DNA of 64,000 nucleotides from contig CAWFQK010000004.1 in assembly GCA_963817955.1 (NCBI GenBank), positions 1,184,001-1,248,000 of the forward strand, written 5' to 3'. Shown here in pieces: positions 8,535 to 15,624 of this stretch; position 1 is the first letter of the stretch, and each line of letters opens with the position of its first letter. The notes beneath the pieces are model-generated. The model searched no databases. It saw nothing but the letters and a program-made list of their open reading frames with translations, and was not told the origin of the DNA. The position numbers were made by a program, and so were the translations under genes. This stretch comes from an uncultured Gemmatimonadaceae bacterium (lineage in GTDB: Bacteria; Gemmatimonadota; Gemmatimonadetes; Gemmatimonadales; Gemmatimonadaceae).

Positions 8535-11500
8535 ATGCGTCGAATCACCCCGATCCTCGCCGCGGCGCTCGCGCTGGGATTCGCCCAGTTCGCGGCCGGC
8601 CAGCTGCCCCTCCCTGCCGACTCCGTTCTCGTTCGCTCCCTGGCATTTCGTTCGATTGGACCCGCTGTCATGTCGGGCCGCATCGTCGATGTGGCCGTGA
8701 CGGATTCCAAGATTGCCCGCGGCCACATTGGTAACGTCATCTACGCCGCGGCGGCAACGGGTGGCGTCTGGAAGTCCACCAATGCCGGCGTGTCGTGGAC
8801 ACCCGTGTTCGACTCGGTGCGCACCGGTTCCATTGGCGCGGTGGCCGTGGCCCCATCGAATCCTGACATCGTATGGGTTGGCACCGGCGAATCGAACAAC
8901 ATGCGCAGCTCCTCGTGGGGCACCGGCGTCTACAAGTCGATCGATGGCGGACGCACCTGGTCGAGCGCCATGCTCCCCAAGTCGCAGCACGTTGGCCGTA
9001 TCGTCATCGATCCGCGCGACCCGAACGTGGTGTACGTCGCGGCGCTTGGTCCGCTCTGGACGTCCGGGGGTGAGCGTGGTCTGTACAAGACCACCGACGG
9101 GGGAAAGACGTGGACGAACACGAAAGAGATCAGCAAGTACACGGGATTTGCCGAGATCGTGATGGATCCGTCGAACCCCGACGTGCTCTATGCGGCGGCG
9201 CAGGAGCGTGAACGGAAAGAGTACGGCTTTCTGCCCGCGGGCCCGGAGAGCGGCATCTACAAGACGATCGACGCGGGGAAGACGTGGACGCATCTCACGC
9301 AGGGCCTGCCAACCGGCGACATCGGCCGTATTGGCATGAGTGTTTGCACATCGCGCCCGAATGTGGTGTACGCCATGATGCACGCCAATGCGCCGATGAA
9401 CGGTCTCTATCGCAGCGATGACGCCGGAAGCAGTTGGCGCCTGGTGAACGACCAGAACGGCACGGCATGGTACTACAGCCAGGTGCGCTGCGACCCGACG
9501 GACCCCGATCACGTGGTCACGCTCAACGCGGCGTCGCGTGAATCGCACGACGGCGGCAAGACGATGCAGCCCTTTGCCGCGGGCGGTGTGCATAGCGATC
9601 ATCACGTGCTCTGGTTCAACGACGACAACCCACAGCACATGATCCTGGGCGGCGACGGCGGCCTGTACATGACGTGGGACGCCGGGCGCACCTGGGATCA
9701 CGTCGAGAGCATTGTCGCCGGCCAGTTCTACACCGTGGCCGTGGACGATGCGCAGCCGTTCTACAACGTGTATGGCGGCCTGCAGGACAATCAGTCGTGG
9801 GGAGGGCCGAGCCGGACGCGCAATGCGTTCGGGCCGACGAATGCCGACTGGTTCCGTATGGCCGGCGGCGATGGCTTCTATGCCGTGCCGGATCCGCGCG
9901 ACTTCAATTACGTCTACGCCGAATCGCAGACCGGGGGCGTCGTGCGCTACGATGCGCGCACCGGGCAGCAGAAGAACATCAAGCCCGTGCCAAAGGCGGG
10001 TGAGAGACTGCGCTACAACTGGAGCGCGCCAATCCTGCCGTCGCGTCTCGACGCCAAGACGGTGTACATGGCGGCGAACGTGCTCTTCCGCTCGCCCGAT
10101 CGCGGCGACACGTGGGAAGCGATCAGCCCCGATCTCACGCGCAATATCGACCGCAACATTCTGCCGATCCGCGGCGCGAGGCCTGATTCCACGGCGCTCG
10201 GCCGGAACGAAGGGACGGCGGAGTTCAGCAACATCACGACGATCGATGAGTCGCCGTTCCGCGCGACCCTGCTCGCGGTCGGCACCGACGACGGCCTGAT
10301 CCAGGTGACGCGCGACGGCGGCAAGACGTGGACGAGGTCTGACAAGTTCCCCGGCGTGCCAGACACCACGTACGTCAGCCGAGTGTCGTGGTCCAAGGCG
10401 AACGAGGGTACGCTGTACGCGACACTCGACGGCCATCGAAGCAATGACTTCAAACCGTACGTGCTGAAGAGTGCCGATTACGGCAAGACGTGGACGTCGA
10501 TCGCGAGCAATCTCCCCGACGGCGGTTCCGTGCAGGTGATTCGCGAGGATCCGCGGCAGGGCAACCTGCTGTTCGCCGGCACCGAGTTCGGTGTGTACTT
10601 CTCCATCGACGCGGGCGCGAAGTGGACGCAGCTCAAGAGCGGGCTGCCGGGCGTTCCGGTGGACGACATCCAGATCCAGGCGCGAGCGAACGATCTGGTA
10701 CTCGGCACGCACGGACGCGGCATCTACATTCTGGACGACATCACGCCACTCGAGCAGCTCGCGAAGGCGAAGGAATCGACGGTCGCGTTTGTCTATCCCG
10801 TTCAGGACGCGCTGCTCTTCCAGCCAAACGGGAGCCGCACCTCCGGAATGGGTACGCGTGGCTTCGCCGGACAGAACCCTGATCCGGGCGCGCGCATTTC
10901 ATATTTGCTCAAGGACGTGGCGCCTGGCGCGAAGGTGTCGCTGTCGATCCTCGATGCCAGAGGCACAGTCGTACGCGAGCTCCCAGCGAGCAAGACGGCG
11001 GGACTCTATCGCACGATGTGGGACATGCGTGTCGGCCCGCCGCTCACTGGACCGGTGGACACGCTCGCGTTGCAGAACGGTGGTCGCGCGGGTGGTCGCG
11101 GTGCCGCTGGTGGTGGTGGTGGTGGTGGTGGTGGTGGTGGATTTGGTGGCGGCCGGGGCGGCGCCGGTGATCCGACGTTCCAGACGATTCCTGGCCGTTA
11201 CGTCGCGCGCCTCACGATCGCACCGACGACGGGTACGCCGACGGTGCTCGAGCAGTCGTTCAACCTGACGAAGGATCCAATGGTCGTGCTGAGCGAGACG
11301 GAGCTCAAGCAGCTCTACGCGTTCCGTCTCGACGTCGTCAGCGCTCAGCGTTCGTTACGCGAGAAGCAGGCACAGCTCGACACGGCGCAGCGTCTCTATG
11401 CGGCCGCGAAGCGCGCCGCCGATACATCGGGCGCAAAGGTGACGCCCGCGATCAAGGCGCAGCTCACCGCCGTTGAGAAGGAGCTGGCGGACATCACGCA

Positions 11501-11921
11501 CGAAATTGGCGCAGCACAGGGCGCGGGACGCGGCGGACGTGGCGGCCCCCCGGCCGGCGGTGCTCCTGCCACCAACGCCAGCGCACCTGCCGGCCGCGGT
11601 CGCGGCGCCAGCGCAGTCCAGGCGGGCGCGCCAGCCGCCGGGCGTGCTACAGGCGCGGGAGCCGGAGCCGGAGGCGTGACTGACGAAGAGCAGAATCCCA
11701 CCGCACCAGCCGCGCCGCAGAACATACAGGCGAGACTCGGCACAACGACGGAAATGCTCAACGTACCATTCAACCCGAGTCCCGCGCAGAAGAAGACGCT
11801 ACAGACCGTACCCGCCGAGCTGGCGAAGCAGAGCGAACGTGTGAAGAAAGTGACGAGCGATCAGCTCCCAGCTCTCATCAAGGCGTTGAAGGACGCGGGG
11901 GTTGAGGTCAAGCAACTGTAG
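8535..11921 (+). CDS. VPS10/sortilin-like BNR (Asp-box) repeat protein, putative secreted glycosyl hydrolase
   Basis: RSIGPAVMSGRI start motif, many SxDGGKTW Asp-boxes, GGLQDN, GTHGRG, coiled-coil and Gly-rich tail. Start moved to the ATG at 8535 (signal peptide). Confidence 0.88.
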   Translation: MRRITPILAAALALGFAQFAAGQLPLPADSVLVRSLAFRSIGPAVMSGRIVDVAVTDSKIARGHIGNVIYAAAATGGVWKSTNAGVSWTPVFDSVRTGSIGAVAVAPSNPDIVWVGTGESNNMRSSSWGTGVYKSIDGGRTWSSAMLPKSQHVGRIVIDPRDPNVVYVAALGPLWTSGGERGLYKTTDGGKTWTNTKEISKYTGFAEIVMDPSNPDVLYAAAQERERKEYGFLPAGPESGIYKTIDAGKTWTHLTQGLPTGDIGRIGMSVCTSRPNVVYAMMHANAPMNGLYRSDDAGSSWRLVNDQNGTAWYYSQVRCDPTDPDHVVTLNAASRESHDGGKTMQPFAAGGVHSDHHVLWFNDDNPQHMILGGDGGLYMTWDAGRTWDHVESIVAGQFYTVAVDDAQPFYNVYGGLQDNQSWGGPSRTRNAFGPTNADWFRMAGGDGFYAVPDPRDFNYVYAESQTGGVVRYDARTGQQKNIKPVPKAGERLRYNWSAPILPSRLDAKTVYMAANVLFRSPDRGDTWEAISPDLTRNIDRNILPIRGARPDSTALGRNEGTAEFSNITTIDESPFRATLLAVGTDDGLIQVTRDGGKTWTRSDKFPGVPDTTYVSRVSWSKANEGTLYATLDGHRSNDFKPYVLKSADYGKTWTSIASNLPDGGSVQVIREDPRQGNLLFAGTEFGVYFSIDAGAKWTQLKSGLPGVPVDDIQIQARANDLVLGTHGRGIYILDDITPLEQLAKAKESTVAFVYPVQDALLFQPNGSRTSGMGTRGFAGQNPDPGARISYLLKDVAPGAKVSLSILDARGTVVRELPASKTAGLYRTMWDMRVGPPLTGPVDTLALQNGGRAGGRGAAGGGGGGGGGGGFGGGRGGAGDPTFQTIPGRYVARLTIAPTTGTPTVLEQSFNLTKDPMVVLSETELKQLYAFRLDVVSAQRSLREKQAQLDTAQRLYAAAKRAADTSGAKVTPAIKAQLTAVEKELADITHEIGAAQGAGRGGRGGPPAGGAPATNASAPAGRGRGASAVQAGAPAAGRATGAGAGAGGVTDEEQNPTAPAAPQNIQARLGTTTEMLNVPFNPSPAQKKTLQTVPAELAKQSERVKKVTSDQLPALIKALKDAGVEVKQL

Positions 11922-11922
11922 T

Positions 11923-12327
11923 GGGACACGGGACACGGGACACTGAAACTCACAACTCACGACTCACAACTGGACACCCGAACCTCGCCGACCGGCGATA
12001 GTGGCCTGCGAGCCAGGCGCCCTGGTGCGCATGACCCGTATACTCACAACTCACAACTGACAACTGACAACTGACAACTGGTCACTGGTCACTGTACCCG
12101 CGATGGCTGTCATCTTGAGCGAAGGACCTGGGAGATCGGATTGGCTCCGTGTTTTGACCGGCGGGATGTCGCTGGCTGTCCCGTAGCGGTCGGCCCGCCG
12201 GTCGGCGAGTTCCGAGTTTCCAGTTGTGAGTTGTGCGTTGTGAGTTTCCCGTGTCCCGTGTCCCGTGTCCCGTGTCCCGTGTCCCGTGTCCCGTGTCCCG
12301 TGTCCCGTGTCCCGTGTCCCGTGTCCC
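11923..12327. repeat. ~400-bp composite element with long inverted heptamer-repeat arms (copy 1)
   Basis: The left arm (GGGACAC)3..ACTCACA..CTCGCCGACCGGCG is mirrored by a right arm CGCCGGTCGGCGAG..TGTGAG..(GTGTCCC)11 at 12251-12327. It fills the gap between convergent genes. Confidence 0.85.
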
Positions 12328-12341
12328 GTTACGCGGTCCCG

Positions 12342-13202
12342 CTATGCGTCTAACTCGATTCCCGCCGCACGTACGTTTTCTTCCAGGTGCTTCACCTGTG
12401 ATGTGCCGGGAATGACGAGCATGGCGGGTGAATGGGCGAGGAGCCAGGCGAGGGCGACTTGGAGGGTGCTCACGCCTTTTCGCTTCGCAATCTCCTGAAC
12501 CCATGACGGTGCGCCTCCCTCGAGCGAGCCGGCGGCGAGCGGAAACCAGGGGATGAAGGCCATGTCGTGCTCCTCGCAGTAGATGACGACATCTTCCCAC
12601 TGCCGCTCTGCGACGTTGTACTTGTTCTGCACAGAGGCGATGGGCACCACCTTGCGCGCCGCCTCGATCTCGTCAACACCGACCTCGGACAGACCAACGT
12701 GCCGCACCTTGCCTTCGCGCACGAACTCGGCGAGCGCACCGAATTGCTCGTCGGCCGGCACCTTCGAGTCTATCCGGTGGAGCTGCCATAGATCGATCCG
12801 GTCGAGCTTGAGGCGGCGCAGGCTTCCGTCGAGCGCCTTGCGCAGATACTTGGGATCGCCGTTCGGGGTCCATTTGTTCGGACCGGGCCGCTCGAGGCCG
12901 CCCTTCGTCGCGATGACGAGCCCCGCTGGGTAAGGACGCAGCGCCTCAGCGATGAGATCTTCGGAGACGTACGGTCCGTACGAGTCTGCAGTGTCGATGA
13001 AGTCGACGCCAAGTTCTGTGGCACGCCGCAGGACGCGGATCGCTTCGTCGCGATTTGCGGGCTGCCCCATGATCCCATGTCCGGTGATGCGCATGGCGCC
13101 ATACCCCATGCGATTCACCACAAGGTCGCCGCCGATGGTGATCGTTCCCGCCTGAGCGGCTGGCGTCTTTGCGCGGTCGTTGGTTGCGTCCTGTGTTTGC
13201 AT
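12342..13202 (-). CDS. Aldo/keto reductase
   Basis: [43 protein letters not shown]...HLEEN. AAGGAG RBS precedes the ATG at 13202. Confidence 0.92.
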   Translation of the reverse strand: MQTQDATNDRAKTPAAQAGTITIGGDLVVNRMGYGAMRITGHGIMGQPANRDEAIRVLRRATELGVDFIDTADSYGPYVSEDLIAEALRPYPAGLVIATKGGLERPGPNKWTPNGDPKYLRKALDGSLRRLKLDRIDLWQLHRIDSKVPADEQFGALAEFVREGKVRHVGLSEVGVDEIEAARKVVPIASVQNKYNVAERQWEDVVIYCEEHDMAFIPWFPLAAGSLEGGAPSWVQEIAKRKGVSTLQVALAWLLAHSPAMLVIPGTSQVKHLEENVRAAGIELDA

Positions 13203-13336
13203 CACGAATGCTCCTTGCGTGCTGACGTGTGGGCGCCAAGGTGCACGAAACGATCCTTCGCCGTAAGGGAAGCGGTAACGAATTCCCAACAAGAACCCGA
13301 TAGCGGCCCGATCGCCGTCCTCTCCACCTTCCGCGC

Positions 13337-14158
13337 ATGACTTCAACACGCGATCGCGATTACGTGCTCGGCACGCATGACGAAGAGGTGATGCGCCTGG
13401 GCCTGCAGCACAACGTCTGGCGGCCACGCGCGCTGGCAGCGTGGTATCGCGCGGGCTTCAACGTTGGACAGACCATTCTCGACGTCGGCAGCGGACCGGG
13501 GTATGCAACCCTCGATCTCGCGGAGCTCGTAGGACCAACCGGACGTGTCATAGCGGTCGATCGGTCGCGCCGATTTCTCGACGCGCTGGAGGAGCGCCGC
13601 GATGCCCGTGGACTCGAGCATGTCCGCGTGATCGAAGCCGACCTCGACGACGTGTCCTTCGACGCGGCGAGCGCGGACGGGGCGTGGTGTCGCTGGGTGC
13701 TCGCCTTTGTGCCGCGCCCACGCGACCTGCTGGCGCGCGTCGCACGTGCGCTCAAACCAGGTGCCACGTTTGCAATCCATGAATACTTCGACTACGCCGC
13801 GTGGCATGTCATCCCACGCTCGCCGCTGTTCGAGGAATTCGTCAGCGCGACGATCGACAACTGGCGGCGCAGCGGAGGCGAACCGGACATCGGACTCGAG
13901 CTGCCGCGCTGGCTCGAGGAACTCGGTTTCGAGATCACAGTCATCCGGCCGATCATCGACGTGATCTCCGCCCGCGATTATGCCTGGCAATGGCCGACAA
14001 CCTTCATGCAGATCGGCTTGCAGCGGCTCGCCGAAACGGGCGCGATTCCACAAGATCGCGCCGCATCGATCGGCGCCGAGCTACGTCAGATTTCCGACTC
14101 GACAACGGCACGAATGATTACGCCTGGAGTGCTCGAGGTGGTGGCGCGGAAACGGTGA
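13337..14158 (+). CDS. Class I SAM-dependent methyltransferase
   Basis: Motif [19 protein letters not shown]. The 3' end overlaps the convergent hom gene by 41 nt. Confidence 0.9.
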   Translation: MTSTRDRDYVLGTHDEEVMRLGLQHNVWRPRALAAWYRAGFNVGQTILDVGSGPGYATLDLAELVGPTGRVIAVDRSRRFLDALEERRDARGLEHVRVIEADLDDVSFDAASADGAWCRWVLAFVPRPRDLLARVARALKPGATFAIHEYFDYAAWHVIPRSPLFEEFVSATIDNWRRSGGEPDIGLELPRWLEELGFEITVIRPIIDVISARDYAWQWPTTFMQIGLQRLAETGAIPQDRAASIGAELRQISDSTTARMITPGVLEVVARKR

Positions 14159-15275
14159 GCGGCGTTGGCCCGCGCTCGGCAATGAGGCGCAGCAGGTCGT
14201 TGTACACGCCGGCGGCGGTAACCGCCGGCCCGGCTCCTGGCCCGGTGATGACGAGTGGCTGCGCCTTGTAGCGCCTCGTGGTGAAGGAGAATTGGTTGTC
14301 GGTCCCATGCAGCAGGCTGAGCGGATCAGTCGCCGGTACTTCGGCCAGTCCCACGCGGACACTGCGACGGGTGGCGCGAGCGCGATAACGCAACACCGCA
14401 CCGCGCGAACGCGCCGCCTCCACTCGCGCCGCCCAAACAGCGTCGAGCTCAGGCATGCGTGCCAGGAATTCGTCGATCGCTACGTCCTGCAACGACCGCG
14501 GAACGAGGGATTCGACGCGCACCGCCTCGAGGTCGCCGCGGAACCCGATGATGCGTCCGAGAATCAGCGCCTTGCGCGCAACGTCGAGTCCAGACAGATC
14601 GACGCGCGGATCAGGCTCGGTGTATCCGGCCGCAATCGCATCACGCAGCGCCGTGGAGAAGCTGGTGCCTCGTCCGAGTTGGCCGAAGACGAAACCGAGC
14701 GTGCCCGACGGACAACCCTCGATGGCACTCACACGATCGCCGGCGTCGATCAGTTTGCGCAGTGTGTCGATGACCGGTAGTCCGGCGCCGACGGTGGCTT
14801 CGTGCAGAATTTCAGCACCGCCCGCCCGCGCGATTTCATGAAGCTGGTCGACACGCGCTTGCGCGCCGGCGATCGGCACCTTGTTCGCCAGGATGACGTC
14901 CCACCCACGTTCGAGCACGATCTCGAGGATGTGCTGCGTATCAGCGGCCGTTGCGTCGACGATCACCGGGCGTCCCGCAAGTCTCGCCGACATGAACGCG
15001 ACGGCGTCGGCGGGACTGGCGCGCAGACCGAGCGCGGAGGCATGCAGTGGCTGCCCGCTCTTCTTGTGCGCACAGAGCGCGATCAACGAGCGACGCGACA
15101 GGCCTTGGGGGTCGATCACATAGCCGGTTCGGTCCACCAGTCCGCATACCCGAAGGCGCGACGAAATGCCGTTCTTCGTGGAGGTGAGCTGGCCGAGCAG
15201 CTCTCGGCCGATCGACCCGACGCCCAACAGCACGACGTCGGTACTTCGGAATTCGTATCTGGATAGGTCGCTCAT
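14118..15275 (-). CDS. hom: Homoserine dehydrogenase (monofunctional, similar to the HSD domain of ThrA/MetL)
   Basis: GVGSIG Rossmann motif, ILANK, EATVGAGLPVI, SGTLGF, GYTEPDPRVDLSGLDVARK, GPGAGPAVTAAGV. GAGGAG RBS at 15287-15282 supports the start at 15275. Confidence 0.9.
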   Translation of the reverse strand: MSDLSRYEFRSTDVVLLGVGSIGRELLGQLTSTKNGISSRLRVCGLVDRTGYVIDPQGLSRRSLIALCAHKKSGQPLHASALGLRASPADAVAFMSARLAGRPVIVDATAADTQHILEIVLERGWDVILANKVPIAGAQARVDQLHEIARAGGAEILHEATVGAGLPVIDTLRKLIDAGDRVSAIEGCPSGTLGFVFGQLGRGTSFSTALRDAIAAGYTEPDPRVDLSGLDVARKALILGRIIGFRGDLEAVRVESLVPRSLQDVAIDEFLARMPELDAVWAARVEAARSRGAVLRYRARATRRSVRVGLAEVPATDPLSLLHGTDNQFSFTTRRYKAQPLVITGPGAGPAVTAAGVYNDLLRLIAERGPTPLTVSAPPPRALQA

Positions 15276-15301
15276 GTCGTTCTCCTCGATCGTTGGCGCA
15301 C

Positions 15302-15338
15302 AAAGAAAAACCCCCGATTCTCGCGCGAGAATCGGGGG
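15302..15338 (-). terminator. Intrinsic terminator / attenuator hairpin in the hom leader
   Basis: Palindrome CCCCCGATTCTCGCGCGAGAATCGGGGG (15311-15338) followed on the minus strand by TTTTTCTTT, about 27 nt upstream of the hom ATG. Confidence 0.88.
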
Positions 15339-15367
15339 GGGTGAACAGCGGATGCGTGCTCGATGAG

Positions 15368-15460
15368 CTATGTGCGCATGCGTCGTCGTCCGTCCGTTCC
15401 TCTCGCGAGGCAAGCGGCCGCCATGGACATTCGCATCTGCATTTGACACATCGAGATCAT
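15368..15460 (-). CDS. Putative Met-rich attenuator leader peptide (30 aa: MISMCQMQMRMSMAAACLARGTDGRRRMRT)
   Basis: Read directly: ATG ATC TCG ATG TGT CAA ATG CAG ATG CGA ATG TCC ATG ... TAG. Six Met among the first 13 codons, 7 in total. The stop lies about 30 nt before the terminator. The RBS is weak. Confidence 0.72.
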   Translation of the reverse strand: MISMCQMQMRMSMAAACLARGTDGRRRMRT

Positions 15461-15483
15461 CGATCGTCTTTGTTGATTGCATG

Positions 15484-15522
15484 AAAACAGAAAAGCCCGG
15501 ACGAGTGACAGCCGCCGGGCTT
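15484..15522 (-). terminator. Terminator-like hairpin directly 3' of the SAM-II-like aptamer
   Basis: Stem AAGCCCGG/CCGGGCTT (15522-15515 / 15500-15493) followed by TTCTGTTTT on the minus strand. Confidence 0.7.
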
Positions 15523-15527
15523 GTCGC

Positions 15528-15578
15528 GTTTTAGCACTTTGTTTTACGTGGCGGCAATGGGCGGCAAATCACCACGAG
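15528..15578 (-). ncRNA. SAM-II (SAM_alpha-type) riboswitch aptamer
   Basis: Minus strand: CGUGGUGAUUUG-ccgccca-UUGC-c-GCCACG-UAAAACAAA-gu-GCUAAAA. P1 CGUGGU/GCCACG, GAUUU, UUGC, A-rich linker and GCUAAA match the SAM-II consensus as I recall it. It lies upstream of a Met-pathway gene. Confidence 0.8.
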
Positions 15579-15595
15579 CATTCAGTTGTCCGGAG

Positions 15596-15624
15596 ACATT
15601 AACCCAATTCCAACGATCGGTCAA
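15596..15624 (-). promoter_or_regulatory. Putative sigma70 promoter for the hom leader
   Basis: TTGACC (15624-15619), 17-nt spacer, TAATGT (15601-15596). The predicted start site falls about 13 nt before the aptamer P1. Confidence 0.6.

Noticed and set aside
11109..11138. (GGT)10 microsatellite as a phase-variation switch
   Set aside because: A triplet unit keeps the frame and only changes the length of a poly-Gly linker.
12082..12600. ORFs with GTRDTGH / VSRVPCP repeats (also 32084-32287)
   Set aside because: These are translations of the non-coding heptamer arrays and overlap real genes.
15276..15482. 69-aa N-terminal extension of hom, or a Thr-type leader (RTTTH) in that frame
   Set aside because: The extension runs through a terminator hairpin, and a strong RBS precedes 15275. 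The three Thr codons are in the hom frame with no separate stop, while the Met-rich frame has proper leader geometry.
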